Both the position numbers and the translations under genes were made by a program. DNA of 64,000 bases from Candidatus Enterousia sp. (GTDB lineage Bacteria > Pseudomonadota > Alphaproteobacteria > Rs-D84): contig JAZQTD010000039.1 of NCBI GenBank assembly GCA_045630455.1, positions 6,498 through 70,497 of the forward strand, read 5' to 3'. This document shows positions 38,128-48,261 of the stretch, piece after piece. Below the pieces are notes generated by a model. The model saw only the letters and a program-made list of their open reading frames with translations. It made no database searches and had not been told where the DNA came from. Positions within the stretch are counted from its first letter, which is position 1. Each line of letters opens with the position of its first letter.

Positions 38128-38775
38128 CTAGAAATTTACGCGTACGCCCGCACGTAATTGATGCGCAATCGGATTAAAGTCCGTAAGCGTTTCAATTCCT
38201 GGCTCAAACATATACATATAGCGGTATCCAAAATCCAATGCAAAGTGTTCGCCCATTTCAAACGCAATTCCCGCCAGTGCAGCAACCACAGGACTTATCT
38301 TTTTATCTAATGTGACACCATCTGCACTGTTCCAAGACAACCCAGCACCAAATCCAACATATGGCACAATCATCTGGGGCCGAAACATACGATACATACT
38401 ATCAATTCTGGCATCAAACAACGCATTTATAAACATCGTGTCGCCCGTTAATTTGAATGTATCCCATTCGGCATTATTGCGAATATAGTTTGCCTCTAAT
38501 CTAAAAGTGTCATAAATGCGGATACCGGCAACCGCTTCGAACGAAGACGTGTTTTGACCACTGGTTACGACTGTGCCATCATTATCGTCGGACCACATTG
38601 AAAAATTATACATTCCACCGATATAAAAACGATGTTCGCGCGCAAAAGATTCAGAATCATTGCCAGATTCTGGAATTATAACCGGCATTTCAACCATTTC
38701 TACACGATATGGAACCGCAGCATTCGCCACCATTGGCATTAATGCAAAAAATGGAAACAAAACTTTCTTATTCAT
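38128..38775 (-). CDS. outer-membrane beta-barrel protein
   Basis: Signal peptide MNKKVLFPFFALMPMVANA, alternating hydrophobic beta-strand pattern, and a C-terminal ...GVRVNF. Confidence 0.65.
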   Translation of the reverse strand: MNKKVLFPFFALMPMVANAAVPYRVEMVEMPVIIPESGNDSESFAREHRFYIGGMYNFSMWSDDNDGTVVTSGQNTSSFEAVAGIRIYDTFRLEANYIRNNAEWDTFKLTGDTMFINALFDARIDSMYRMFRPQMIVPYVGFGAGLSWNSADGVTLDKKISPVVAALAGIAFEMGEHFALDFGYRYMYMFEPGIETLTDFNPIAHQLRAGVRVNF

Positions 38776-38790
38776 AATCCATACCCCCAA

Positions 38791-39555
38791 TTAGAAATTC
38801 ATACGAAACGACGCCATAATATTGCTGATATTATCAACGCCACCGCGCGGCACATTCCATCCAAAGCCGTTACCAATCATCATCTGATACTGGTAATAAA
38901 CATCCATACCGATTAAATCGTTGAACATTACATTGAATCCCAATGCTGCACGTGGCGCAGCGATGACCACACCATCTGCACCATTTGCACCATCAAAGCG
39001 ATACGCACCAAATGCTGCCCCCACACCCATAAACGGCACAAAGGTTCGACGATGCGTTATGTCGCCCAACTGGACATAGCGACGCGCTAAATCAAAATAC
39101 AACATTCCACCAAACGTCTGGTAGTTTGCAGATAAATCATCCAGGTCCGAAAACTTTAACGTTGTGGCTTGGAAATCCAGTTCTGTCCGTACATATGATG
39201 ACAAGTTCCATCCCAAGCCAATCTGAGTCGTATAAGAACCCGACGATTCATATTTGTCGCCCATATATTTTGCCTGGGACGTTGCAAAACCAAGATTCAA
39301 TCCGCCCCCCATACGCACATACATAGACGTTGGAACAAACATACGTACATTTGCATCTTCTATGATTCCAGCGGTTTCATACACCTCTGCTCCAAGTGCA
39401 CCAGGTGCTTCATCGACAGCATTTGGCGCAATACGTGGTGCCGCTACAACATCAACGCCACGTTTAACCTCTCTTATAAAAAGGTCTGCATCAAATCCTG
39501 CCAAAGCAGGCGATGTAACCAACATAGTTAGTAAAACATAAGAAACTTTATTCAT
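38791..39555 (-). CDS. outer-membrane beta-barrel protein (tandem paralogue)
   Basis: Start set at MNKVSYVLLTMLVTSPALA (39555). Ends in ...MASFRMNF. The 114-codon upstream extension in the ORF track was rejected. Confidence 0.65.
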   Translation of the reverse strand: MNKVSYVLLTMLVTSPALAGFDADLFIREVKRGVDVVAAPRIAPNAVDEAPGALGAEVYETAGIIEDANVRMFVPTSMYVRMGGGLNLGFATSQAKYMGDKYESSGSYTTQIGLGWNLSSYVRTELDFQATTLKFSDLDDLSANYQTFGGMLYFDLARRYVQLGDITHRRTFVPFMGVGAAFGAYRFDGANGADGVVIAAPRAALGFNVMFNDLIGMDVYYQYQMMIGNGFGWNVPRGGVDNISNIMASFRMNF

Positions 39556-39634
39556 CGTTATAACCCAGGTTTTATTTATAATGAATTTTAACATAAATTG
39601 AAACTTGATTCCAGTGCCTTTTATGCGTACCATT

Positions 39635-40465
39635 ATGGTTATGAAAAAAAATACAGATAAAAAAATAGCACTGGTTGCGGGCGCATTGGATTTACCGTTC
39701 TTTACACGAGATGCATTGCAACGCGCTGGCTGGGACGTGTTTATCGTTGGTCTGAAAAATTTCGTAGACCCACGACTGAACCCAGATTTGGTCGTACGAC
39801 TGGGGGGCGCAGGCCGCGCAGTACGAGAGGCAAGAAAACGCGGAATAAAAAAAATCACATTTGTGGGCGCGTTGGGACATCCAAATCTGTCTGACATTCG
39901 ACCAGACTGGTGGTCGTTTTGGACATTGTTAAAAATACTAAAAAATCAACGGGGGTATGATTCTATGGCGGTTGCATTAAATAAAGTTTTAGAAAAACAG
40001 GGCTTTGAAATTGTCGCAGCCCAAGATTTAGCCCCTGAATTAGCTTTTGAAACAGCGGGCGTGCAGACACGCGCAAAACCAACCACAGCAGACAAGAAAA
40101 ATATTGAACGTGCCATAGAGGTTTCACACACCATCGGCGCGGCTGATATTGGCGCATCTGTTGTTGTTGACAAGCAAGTAATCGCTGTCGAAGCGGCCGA
40201 AGGTACTGCACGAATGCTGAACCGAGTGGTTGAAATGCGCGCAAACCGCAAACGCAAAAGCGGCGTTTTTGCAAAAATGACCAAACCCGGTCAAGATTTA
40301 CGCATCGACATCCCCGCAATCGGTGTTGATACAGTTAATGCGGTGGCAGACGCAAACCTGCGCGGGATTATAGTAAACACAAAAACGTGCTTTGTTGTGA
40401 ACAAGCCCGCAGTTATCAAACAAGCCGATAAACGCGGAATATTTATCGTTGCACTGAACGAATAA
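39635..40465 (+). CDS. lpxI: UDP-2,3-diacylglucosamine pyrophosphatase LpxI
   Basis: KIALVAGALDLP, IGASVVVDKQVIAVEAAEGTARMLNR and KPGQDLRIDIPAIGVDT match LpxI (DUF1009) motifs. The start codon is uncertain (39605, 39635 or 39641). Confidence 0.8.
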   Translation: MVMKKNTDKKIALVAGALDLPFFTRDALQRAGWDVFIVGLKNFVDPRLNPDLVVRLGGAGRAVREARKRGIKKITFVGALGHPNLSDIRPDWWSFWTLLKILKNQRGYDSMAVALNKVLEKQGFEIVAAQDLAPELAFETAGVQTRAKPTTADKKNIERAIEVSHTIGAADIGASVVVDKQVIAVEAAEGTARMLNRVVEMRANRKRKSGVFAKMTKPGQDLRIDIPAIGVDTVNAVADANLRGIIVNTKTCFVVNKPAVIKQADKRGIFIVALNE

Positions 40466-40491
40466 AAATCCCCCATTCCTGGGGGTTTTTT
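40464..40491. terminator. bidirectional rho-independent terminator
   Basis: aaaaatCCCCCattcctGGGGGtttttt lies between convergent lpxI and the FKBP gene. Confidence 0.65.
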
Positions 40492-40502
40492 GATATTTTA
40501 CA

Positions 40503-40829
40503 TTATTCTGCTTCGATAATATCTACAACAGTTACCTCGAACACAACGTCTTTACCCGCCAATTCTGGAACATATTCTGTTGGGAATGTGATATTAACCT
40601 TGCGTTCTTCGCCCTTAACAGCGCCAATCAATTGATCTTCAAAACCTGGGACAAATTGGCCACTGCCCAGTTTTAATGGAAAACCTTCGGCTGTGCCACC
40701 AGGGAACTGAACCCCGTCCAAGAATCCAGCAAAATTAATAACAACGGTGTCACCATTTTGCGCGCCAGCATTACTGTCACAGGCACCTAATACGCCACAC
40801 AAACCCAATGCAATCATCAATTTTTTCAT
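40503..40829 (-). CDS. FKBP-type peptidyl-prolyl cis-trans isomerase (small, lipoprotein signal)
   Basis: INFAGFLDGVQF..G.......LG.GQFVPGFEDQLIG...GE.....ITFP..Y matches an FKBP_C domain. The N-terminus MKKLMIALGLCGVLGAC is lipobox-like. Confidence 0.8.
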   Translation of the reverse strand: MKKLMIALGLCGVLGACDSNAGAQNGDTVVINFAGFLDGVQFPGGTAEGFPLKLGSGQFVPGFEDQLIGAVKGEERKVNITFPTEYVPELAGKDVVFEVTVVDIIEAE

Positions 40830-40858
40830 TTGCTTTCCTTTTGTTTTAGTTGTTTTGT

Positions 40859-41419
40859 TTAGTTGTTATACACACAGCGGAACCCATATTCACGCATTGT
40901 AGATCCCTCCGCTTCAATTCGATAATCAAAATATGGTGTCGGGCGCATCACGTCAAATGACGGTTTGTCGTATACCATAACAATACTAGCTGCGTTGCGG
41001 CCACAAATACGTTTCATTTCATAGTCAGCCACCGCCGCCAATACAGTGCGAGCATCACCATTTATATCCATACCATCCGCATTCTGCATCAAGCGCAAAC
41101 GCATTTCGCGCAGATCCGAATTCCCCAACAAAATCTGAACACGAACCATCGTGCCGTGATATTCTTGCCAACGGGTTTCCATACGGGATGTATTCCAGCG
41201 GTTAGCAGTTTGTTCTTTTTCGGCCGCAGTCTTTGGCTTGTACGAATCGATATTAGCAAATTGGTTATCTGCCTGCATAAAAGTACTGGTTCTTTCGTTA
41301 TACAGTGGCGCATCCGCCCCACCCGTTGCAAAATCGTCAACATTGTATGGCGCATCACCTGTCGTACACCCAGCCAACGTCAGCGCAGAACACAGTGCAA
41401 AAAGAATTGTTTTTTTCAT
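40859..41419 (-). CDS. hypothetical lipoprotein
   Basis: Start at MKKTILFALCSALTLAGC (lipobox). No family recognised. Confidence 0.55.
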   Translation of the reverse strand: MKKTILFALCSALTLAGCTTGDAPYNVDDFATGGADAPLYNERTSTFMQADNQFANIDSYKPKTAAEKEQTANRWNTSRMETRWQEYHGTMVRVQILLGNSDLREMRLRLMQNADGMDINGDARTVLAAVADYEMKRICGRNAASIVMVYDKPSFDVMRPTPYFDYRIEAEGSTMREYGFRCVYNN

Positions 41420-41499
41420 GGTCTTTTTCTCTCTTTTTTTTAATTTTAGCAAATAAACCTTTTTGATTCAAGTCACGATTTATGGTAAAATATGCATAG

Positions 41500-42459
41500 A
41501 TGTCAAATGTAGTACTGGAATCTTTATTGCGCCCACTGGAAGAATTCTATAAACCAGAGTTTGTAGAAGAAATCGCAATTAACCACGCGGGCGAGGTTTG
41601 GATGCGCCTGCACGGCGCACGTGTTCCCTGGGTTTCATATCAGGCAGAGTTTTTATCCAAACAGTACTTGGTTGATTTAATTCATACTGTTGCAAATATA
41701 TACGAACGACCATTCGACCCCGTTCACGGTATGCCGGTGGTATATGCCACCCTGCCGGGAAATCATCGTTTCACTGCTATTGCAGGACCAAATGTACAAT
41801 ACGACGAGCGTGACGTAACAGGAGGTGTTGCGATGAATATTCGTGGCGGCGGCGCACATGATACTAGTTTTGAAAACTATCACTTGAAACGCGGTCAAGA
41901 ATTATTAAAAGTCAAACCACGCGAAAACGTTCGCCCAGACGACCCGTATGAACGCTTGATGACTGCAATTAATGACGGTAGTCCAATTTTAATCAGTGGC
42001 GCAACTGCAACAGGTAAGACAACTTTCCTGAATCATATGTTGACGCTGATTGATAAAAATAGTCGTGTTATCACCGTCGAAGACGCGCGTGAAATCCGTG
42101 TCCCCCAACTAAATCGGGTGCACTTTGTATTGTCGCGTACAGAACAAACAAACGATATGAATTATGCGAGATTACTGGACTTGGTTGTTCGCATGACGCC
42201 TGATGTGATTATCGGTGGCGAAATCTCAACCGACAATGCGGCGGTTTTGTGGGAAATGCTGGGCACGGGACATGATCATTTCTATACCACAATCCATGCC
42301 GAAAGTGCTGAGGCCGCATACGCCGCGTTCGCAGACCGCATCTTGCACACCCAGCCTGCATACGACCGTACAGACTTAATCACGGAAATGAAAAAGAAAA
42401 TCCGTGTCGTTCAGTTATCTCGCGATGGTGCTCTGCGCGCCGTTACCGAAGTTGTATAA
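41500..42459 (+). CDS. virB11: VirB11/TrbB-family type IV secretion ATPase (orphan)
   Basis: 319 aa. N-domain VEEIAINHAGEVWMRLHG, Walker A ISGATATGKTTFLN, Walker B/Asp box RVITVEDARE, and the His box GTGHDHFYTTIHA. Confidence 0.75.
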   Translation: MSNVVLESLLRPLEEFYKPEFVEEIAINHAGEVWMRLHGARVPWVSYQAEFLSKQYLVDLIHTVANIYERPFDPVHGMPVVYATLPGNHRFTAIAGPNVQYDERDVTGGVAMNIRGGGAHDTSFENYHLKRGQELLKVKPRENVRPDDPYERLMTAINDGSPILISGATATGKTTFLNHMLTLIDKNSRVITVEDAREIRVPQLNRVHFVLSRTEQTNDMNYARLLDLVVRMTPDVIIGGEISTDNAAVLWEMLGTGHDHFYTTIHAESAEAAYAAFADRILHTQPAYDRTDLITEMKKKIRVVQLSRDGALRAVTEVV

Positions 42460-42471
42460 AAGGAGTACATT

Positions 42472-42717
42472 ATGAACGAGAACGAGATTGCAATTACGGA
42501 CCCAAACTATCGTGCACCACAAAGCGATGAACTAAGTCGCGAATTAAAAGAGCGCGAAGTAGAAAAACTGCGTCAAGCCGAAGAAAAAGAAAACCAAATG
42601 CTAGAAGAGTCTTGGCAACGTCATTTAAAACGTGTTGAAATGCGCAAGAAATTCTTGGCTGCAATAAAGAAGATCTTTGTCAGAAACAATACCCAAACAG
42701 GACAAAAAGAACGATAA
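42472..42717 (+). CDS. hypothetical charged coiled-coil protein
   Basis: 81-aa ORF starting 12 nt after virB11 with RBS AAGGAG. No family recognised. Confidence 0.4.
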   Translation: MNENEIAITDPNYRAPQSDELSRELKEREVEKLRQAEEKENQMLEESWQRHLKRVEMRKKFLAAIKKIFVRNNTQTGQKER

Positions 42718-42804
42718 AACGTCCCCAAAATGGGGATTTTTAGTTTTTTTAAAAAAAGTACTTGCATTTATTCCATCAACAATATATTATACATAACGCT
42801 TTAA

Positions 42805-42881
42805 GGGGTTGTAGCTCAGCTGGTTAGAGCGTCTGCCTGTCACGCAGAAGGTCGCGGGTTCGAGCCCCGTCAATCCCGCCA
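42805..42881 (+). tRNA. tRNA-Asp (anticodon GTC), CCA encoded
   Basis: GGGGTTG TA GCTC AGCTGGTTA GAGC G TCTGC CTGTCAC GCAGA AGGTC GCGGG TTCGAGC CCCGT CAATCCC G CCA. Confidence 0.9.
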
Positions 42882-42888
42882 GCTATTC

Positions 42889-42913
42889 ACACCGTCAAAC
42901 GACGGTGTTTTTT
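42889..42913 (+). terminator. rho-independent terminator after tRNA-Asp
   Basis: ACACCGTCaaacGACGGTGTttttt. Confidence 0.7.
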
Positions 42914-42925
42914 ACACACATCTTG

Positions 42926-42953
42926 TTGACAAAAAATATTTTAATAATATAAT
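42926..42953 (+). promoter_or_regulatory. sigma70-like promoter
   Basis: TTGACA-16 nt-TATAAT, located ~27 nt upstream of the GTG start at 42980. Confidence 0.45.
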
Positions 42954-42979
42954 CACAAGCAATATTAAAGGATATTTGT

Positions 42980-43417
42980 GTGCCTACCAAGTATAACCTG
43001 ACTGCAGAACAGCAGAAGCGCGTTAACGAATTACGCAAAATGTCACCCAGTGCATATGAAAAGATATGCAAAGGATGTGGTATATGCTGTCTGCACAAAA
43101 TAGGAACTCAAAACATAACATTCTATACAAAATTATGTTGTGACCATCTGGATTTAAAAACAAAGCGTTGCAAAATATATTCAAAACGCCTAAGCGCCAA
43201 CAAGCACGAATGCACCAAGGTTACACCAGACCTTGTTCTGGACGGCGATTTAGTGCCACGCTCGTGCGGATATGTAGAATATATTTTCGGACCTGCACTA
43301 CAACCAATTAATCTGGATTGGCCAATGGTACGCCATTGCAACAACTTGAATTTAGATGACATCTGCATCGCAATAAATGCGATAATCCCAGATTCCATAA
43401 ATTGGAAACAAAGATAA
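42980..43417 (+). CDS. YkgJ-family Cys-cluster (CxxCxxCC) zinc/iron-chelating domain protein
   Basis: CKGCGICCLHK...CCDHLD...KRCKIYSKR pattern. GTG start with RBS AAAGGA. Confidence 0.6.
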   Translation: MPTKYNLTAEQQKRVNELRKMSPSAYEKICKGCGICCLHKIGTQNITFYTKLCCDHLDLKTKRCKIYSKRLSANKHECTKVTPDLVLDGDLVPRSCGYVEYIFGPALQPINLDWPMVRHCNNLNLDDICIAINAIIPDSINWKQR

Positions 43418-43427
43418 GGAAAAAACT

Positions 43428-43895
43428 ATGACAAAAGCATACAGAATTTCACAAGTATACGATATTGCACATAACTTTATTACAGACAGAACATCTTTTA
43501 TGTCTATCAAACAGACAAACTCGGCGATAAAGTATAAATTTTCACAAAAATTTATGTCTGGGGACGTTTATACATTAAGTATCATTCAGCCCATAGGCCC
43601 TGTGATCAAACCACATTTTAGCGTTCGAGACTGGGAAGTTGACTATAAATTGGGCTCGATTATATTAGAGCACAACGGACAAAACCTGATGTTGGCTCAA
43701 ACCAGACACAGTGTTGGCAAAGCTGCTGACAAGACCACGTCTGATGCAGAAAAATGGTTAACACGTATAAAATCACGCAAATTCTTTGATTTGATTGACT
43801 TGGTAAAACAAAGAACAGCTGGCAATTTACCGTTGCAGAATAACTCTAAAGAGATATTCAACATTGTGTACAGACTGCAAGAATTACAAAAATAA
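43428..43895 (+). CDS. hypothetical protein
   Basis: 155-aa ORF with RBS AAGGAAAAA. No family recognised. Confidence 0.45.
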   Translation: MTKAYRISQVYDIAHNFITDRTSFMSIKQTNSAIKYKFSQKFMSGDVYTLSIIQPIGPVIKPHFSVRDWEVDYKLGSIILEHNGQNLMLAQTRHSVGKAADKTTSDAEKWLTRIKSRKFFDLIDLVKQRTAGNLPLQNNSKEIFNIVYRLQELQK

Positions 43896-43930
43896 AAGCC
43901 CCAATAGGGCTTTTATTTTTATACAAACGA

Positions 43931-45130
43931 TTACTTTCGTTCTTTGAAATACGGCAACATGCGCATCGTAAAAAGACCGGCCAGCATTATCGACAATGTG
44001 ATAATAACCAGATACCAACGCAACCACGAATAACCACCAAATACACCAATATACATCAGCCCTACATAACCAATCCAACGACCGATAAACAATGCAAAAT
44101 CACGAAAAACAAAATATTCTATTCGGTGATTAGATGTTATGCATTTTGAATTTGATAGTTTATACATATTTACTGAGCACAATTGATCCAAAACAACTAT
44201 CGCAGTCGAATACACAAAATTATAAATTAAAAACGTTATCGGTGTCGTGCGCCACACAAATATAGATATCCCTATCAGTGAAACAAACATAGCAAACAAT
44301 ATCATATACGGATAATATCGCGGCTTGCCATATCGGCCCGACAACCACGATGTAATAATCGAACAAGCCGAAAACAGCGTTGTTAATATCCCCAAATTCA
44401 AGTCTGTCTTGAATATATATACTGTGTACATAGTTATCACAGACGCCAGCAACCCTGTACCAAAACCACGCATAATTTCCATCGCGAACAGATGACGGAT
44501 AACTGAGAATCGCAGCATACAGCGAAAGAAGCCACCAAAATCAATCGGCTTGCTACTGCGATGACGTGACGGCGATAAAAATGCCATCAGAATCAATTCC
44601 AGCACAGATAGCACCAGCAACACATTTGCAACCTGAACAAACGAACCTGTATCAATAAAAAATCCCAATAGCACCGGCACAAATACTTTGACTGCATAAC
44701 ACGCAGCCATTTTGGCGCCCATATACAAGCCAACATTGTGACGCGTACTTTTTTCGGCGACCATAGAATGCATCGGCAGATAGTAAAGTGCCGACCCCAG
44801 TCCATATAACACCCCCAGTGGGATCACATAATTCGGCACAAGGTCACCCAGCATAATAATCGAAATCAACAGCGCAATTTTTGGCAGTTGATTCAGTGCA
44901 AATATCACAACTTTGTTATAACGCTTGCACCAGTTCGCGAAAATAAAAAATCCTGCACATGTGGCAGCATACTCAAACAACTTGTACATCGACACAGACA
45001 AAATCTGTTCAGACGACAAACTCATAATAAAAGAAATTAAAAACGTTCCCAAAAACAAGTCCGTAACATTACGCAATGCTGAAAACACAACTAATAACTT
45101 TAAATCGCGGGACATTTTCTGGGATAACAT
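43931..45130 (-). CDS. MFS-like polytopic membrane transporter
   Basis: 399 aa with about 10-12 hydrophobic helices. The family assignment rests on architecture only. Confidence 0.5.
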   Translation of the reverse strand: MLSQKMSRDLKLLVVFSALRNVTDLFLGTFLISFIMSLSSEQILSVSMYKLFEYAATCAGFFIFANWCKRYNKVVIFALNQLPKIALLISIIMLGDLVPNYVIPLGVLYGLGSALYYLPMHSMVAEKSTRHNVGLYMGAKMAACYAVKVFVPVLLGFFIDTGSFVQVANVLLVLSVLELILMAFLSPSRHRSSKPIDFGGFFRCMLRFSVIRHLFAMEIMRGFGTGLLASVITMYTVYIFKTDLNLGILTTLFSACSIITSWLSGRYGKPRYYPYMILFAMFVSLIGISIFVWRTTPITFLIYNFVYSTAIVVLDQLCSVNMYKLSNSKCITSNHRIEYFVFRDFALFIGRWIGYVGLMYIGVFGGYSWLRWYLVIITLSIMLAGLFTMRMLPYFKERK

Positions 45131-45200
45131 GATATATTTCTCTCTCTGAAAGGGTATTATATCATAAAATTCCCAAGAAATAAATCAGACATATAAAAAA

Positions 45201-45229
45201 TTGACACTATGATTTGGCTGTTATATAAT
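45201..45229 (+). promoter_or_regulatory. perfect-consensus sigma70 promoter
   Basis: TTGACA-17 nt-TATAAT. The -10 box ends 7 nt before the ATG at 45237, implying a leaderless or near-leaderless mRNA with no SD. Confidence 0.5.
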
Positions 45230-45236
45230 ATAAAAT

Positions 45237-45353
45237 ATGAAAAAAACAGTATTTATTTTGTTTGCGATAATGGTGGTATTGGCGGGCTGTGGTGTAAAAT
45301 CTGGGCTGCGCCACCCGAACCCAGATTATCCACGTTCTTACCCAGTTTATTAA
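45237..45353 (+). CDS. small lipoprotein (38 aa)
   Basis: Not in the ORF track. MKKTVFILFAIMVVLAGCGVKSGLRHPNPDYPRSYPVY has a lipobox LAGC followed by a short Pro-rich tail, as in small envelope lipopeptides. Confidence 0.55.
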   Translation: MKKTVFILFAIMVVLAGCGVKSGLRHPNPDYPRSYPVY

Positions 45354-45382
45354 AAATCCCGCCGGTTGGCGGGATTTTTTTA
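45352..45382. terminator. bidirectional rho-independent terminator
   Basis: aaaaATCCCGCCggttGGCGGGATttttttt lies between the convergent lipoprotein gene and parC. Confidence 0.75.
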
Positions 45383-47620
45383 TTTTCCGAATTTACCACT
45401 GCGGGGGAATCCGACCGGTATTGTGCGCCCCTGGGATGCACGCTTGGCAACCCATGGTTTCCAATCTTCCAGTTTTGTTGTTCCACGACCTGTTGTCCAA
45501 CCAAAACCGTTTGCCGCATCAAAGAACATAACATCCAAAACATACGTGCGTTCGGCGTTATATTTTTGCAGGATTACACCCTTGCCCCTGGACATTTCTG
45601 GGATTTCATTCGTTGCAAATATCAGCAATTTATCATTCGACCCCGACATTGCAACCATATCGCCCGTCACCGACACACACATAATCGCAGGATTCTTTGC
45701 ATCTACATTCATAACCTGCTTACCATTGCGGGTTTGTGCCAGACAGTTTTCACCAGACACAACAAAACCAACACCGTGACGACCAATAACCAAGTATTTC
45801 GCATTTGTATCCAGCACAAATGCACGAACAATTGTTTCGTCTGCGCCGATATCCGCCATCATACGCACAGATTCACCAAATCCACGCGCAGATGGTAATT
45901 CGTTTGCCGGCAATGTAAACATTTTACCCCCAGATGCAAACAAATTGATTTTATCCGTAGACATTGCGTGGAATGCAAATTGCAATTCGTCACCTTCTTT
46001 GAATTTGACATCCAGACTGTTCAAATCCAAGTGCCCCTTGGCGGCACGAATCCAACCCATTGTCGACAAGATAATTGTCAGCGGTTCTTTTTCAATAAAT
46101 TCGTCTGCGTTGATAACAACTTCTTCGGTTTGTTCCGCCCAAGTTGTGCGGCGACGCCCCAAAGTCGTCTTTTTATCATAACGCTTTTTGATATCTGCGA
46201 ACCAAGCCTTTAATTGCTCGTTCTGCATTTCAGGGCTGGCCATTAATTCTTGTAATTGACGTTGCTCTTCACGCAGGGCGGCATCTTCGCGCTTAATTTC
46301 CATCTCTTCTAATTTACGCAACGAGCGCAGGCGTGTATTCAAGATTGCTTCTACTTGAACCTCTGTCAAATTAAATTCAGCAGTTAACACAGCCTTGGCA
46401 TCGTCTTCGGTTCTGATGATTTCAATAACACGATCAAGATTCAAATAAACAACCAGCAAACCGCCCAATATTTCCAAACGGCGCGCAATGTTATTCAGTC
46501 GCCACGTTGTGCGGCGTAGCAAAACATCTTTTTGATGTGCGACGAATTCACGCAACACATCGCCAATCGGCATTACACGTGGCGCACCCTTAGAATCAAT
46601 CACGTTAAAGTTCATATTAAAACGCGATTCTAAATCTGTCAGCGCGAACAAATGCGCCATCATTTTATCTGCTGGAATATTTTTAGACTTTGGTGTGATA
46701 ACAATCCTAACATCGGTGGTCGATTCATCGACAATGTCGTCAACCAGCGGCAACTTTTTCGCATCAATTAATGTTGCAATCTGTTCCACCAGTTTAGATT
46801 TTACAATCCCGTATGGGATTTCAGAAATTACAACCTGATACGTGCCACGTTCTAATTCTTCGACAGCCCAGCGTGCGCGCACACGAAACGCGCCCCGCCC
46901 CGTGTCATAATTCTTTACAATCGTTTCAAAAGAATCAATCAAGATACCGCCTGTCGGAAAATCTGGGCCGACCATCTTTTTCATAATCTGGGCGGTGGTA
47001 GATTCAGGTTTGTCCACAATCAGAGTCAAAGCATCGCAAACCTCAGCCACATTATGCGTTGGGATATTTGTTGCCATACCAACCGCAATCCCCATACCAC
47101 CATTAGCCAATAAGTTTGGAAATGCCCCCGGCATAACAACAGGTTCCATTGTAGTGCCGTCAAAGTTCGGCATCATATCGACACTAGATTCGTCTAAACC
47201 CTCCATAATCAGCATAGCGGCATCAGTCATCTTGGATTCTGTGTATCGATATGCCGCCTGGGGGTCGCCGTCAATATTACCAAAGTTACCCTGGCCATCA
47301 ATTAATGGATATCGGACAGAGAAATCCTGGGCCAGACGGACCATTGCATCATAAACAGATGAATCCCCGTGCGGATGATAATGCCCCAGCACGTCACCAA
47401 CAACCGTGGCGCATTTACGAAACGCCGCCGATGGAGACAATTTCTGGCGCAACATAGAATATAAAATACGACGATGTACAGGCTTTAACCCGTCACGAAC
47501 ATCAGGCAATGCGCGGGATACAATCGTACTGACCGCGTATGACAAATAGCGTTCAGACAGTGCGTCTGATAACTGTTGTGAATCAATTCTTTCGATAATT
47601 TCTTTAACCATAGCACCCAA
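45380..47620 (-). CDS. parC: DNA topoisomerase IV subunit A
   Basis: Type IIA A-subunit motifs ([31 protein letters not shown] with the active-site Tyr). Called ParC rather than GyrA because it is 746 aa and I see no GyrA-box (QRRGGKG). Confidence 0.85.
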   Translation of the reverse strand: MGAMVKEIIERIDSQQLSDALSERYLSYAVSTIVSRALPDVRDGLKPVHRRILYSMLRQKLSPSAAFRKCATVVGDVLGHYHPHGDSSVYDAMVRLAQDFSVRYPLIDGQGNFGNIDGDPQAAYRYTESKMTDAAMLIMEGLDESSVDMMPNFDGTTMEPVVMPGAFPNLLANGGMGIAVGMATNIPTHNVAEVCDALTLIVDKPESTTAQIMKKMVGPDFPTGGILIDSFETIVKNYDTGRGAFRVRARWAVEELERGTYQVVISEIPYGIVKSKLVEQIATLIDAKKLPLVDDIVDESTTDVRIVITPKSKNIPADKMMAHLFALTDLESRFNMNFNVIDSKGAPRVMPIGDVLREFVAHQKDVLLRRTTWRLNNIARRLEILGGLLVVYLNLDRVIEIIRTEDDAKAVLTAEFNLTEVQVEAILNTRLRSLRKLEEMEIKREDAALREEQRQLQELMASPEMQNEQLKAWFADIKKRYDKKTTLGRRRTTWAEQTEEVVINADEFIEKEPLTIILSTMGWIRAAKGHLDLNSLDVKFKEGDELQFAFHAMSTDKINLFASGGKMFTLPANELPSARGFGESVRMMADIGADETIVRAFVLDTNAKYLVIGRHGVGFVVSGENCLAQTRNGKQVMNVDAKNPAIMCVSVTGDMVAMSGSNDKLLIFATNEIPEMSRGKGVILQKYNAERTYVLDVMFFDAANGFGWTTGRGTTKLEDWKPWVAKRASQGRTIPVGFPRSGKFGK

Positions 47621-47686
47621 AATTTAGAACATTTGAAAAAAAATAACAACAGAAAAATACCCACTTTTCAAGTGGGCGATTATTTT

Positions 47687-47971
47687 TTACTGGGCAATTT
47701 TGTGTTTGATTTCACGAATACGTGCCAATATTTCTTTTAAGTCTGCATCTGTGACACTGGGGACGATGGATGATTTAGAACGAACCTCATCCGCCATAAC
47801 AATGCACAATGTCGCCAACAACGCACTTTCCGGCAAGGGGCCGATTTTATCCAAAATCTGGCGGGCGCGCGCATCAACCATCTTTCCCAATTCAATCAAG
47901 CGGGCTTCTTGACCATCTTCGCAGCCCATGGGATAATTTTTGTTAACGATTGGAATTGTCACTACACTCAT
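47687..47971 (-). CDS. zapA: cell division protein ZapA
   Basis: 94 aa. V.I.I.N..Y.M.CEDGQE..L..L...VD... is a typical ZapA N-terminus. Confidence 0.7.
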   Translation of the reverse strand: MSVVTIPIVNKNYPMGCEDGQEARLIELGKMVDARARQILDKIGPLPESALLATLCIVMADEVRSKSSIVPSVTDADLKEILARIREIKHKIAQ

Positions 47972-48177
47972 ACTAACTTCTTTAATATATCCATAGATTT
48001 ATCAATCATATCGGCTGCACGAGCGTTTTTATCACGCAAGTTTTTAACCTGTTCGGTTAGAATTGCAACCTCAAGATCGGTTTGCTTACCTGCTGCAACC
48101 GCCGTACCACGCAGACGTGCCGCTGCTTCTTCCAAAGATGCCAGTTCTTGAAAAATTTGTTGTTTTATATCTGCCAT
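47968..48177 (-). CDS. coiled-coil protein upstream of zapA (DUF4164-like)
   Basis: 69-aa all-helical protein, translationally coupled to zapA by a 4-nt overlap. This arrangement is common in alphaproteobacteria. Confidence 0.5.
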   Translation of the reverse strand: MADIKQQIFQELASLEEAAARLRGTAVAAGKQTDLEVAILTEQVKNLRDKNARAADMIDKSMDILKKLV

Positions 48178-48261
48178 AACGTCAGTTTAAGATATTTTTT
48201 ATATGCGTTCAACCCTAAAATGTGATATAATATACAGGTAAGTTTTGGGGGGGTGTATTCA

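Noticed and set aside
38791-39897. 368-aa version of the second outer-membrane protein ORF
   Set aside because: The first 114 codons are Arg/Pro/Ser-rich, overlap the lpxI coding region on the opposite strand and precede a clear signal peptide. The start was moved to 39555.
45209-45898. 229-aa and 137-aa plus-strand ORFs
   Set aside because: They are antisense to the well-supported parC 3' region and run through the small lipoprotein gene and a terminator. The products are Cys/His/Arg-rich nonsense.
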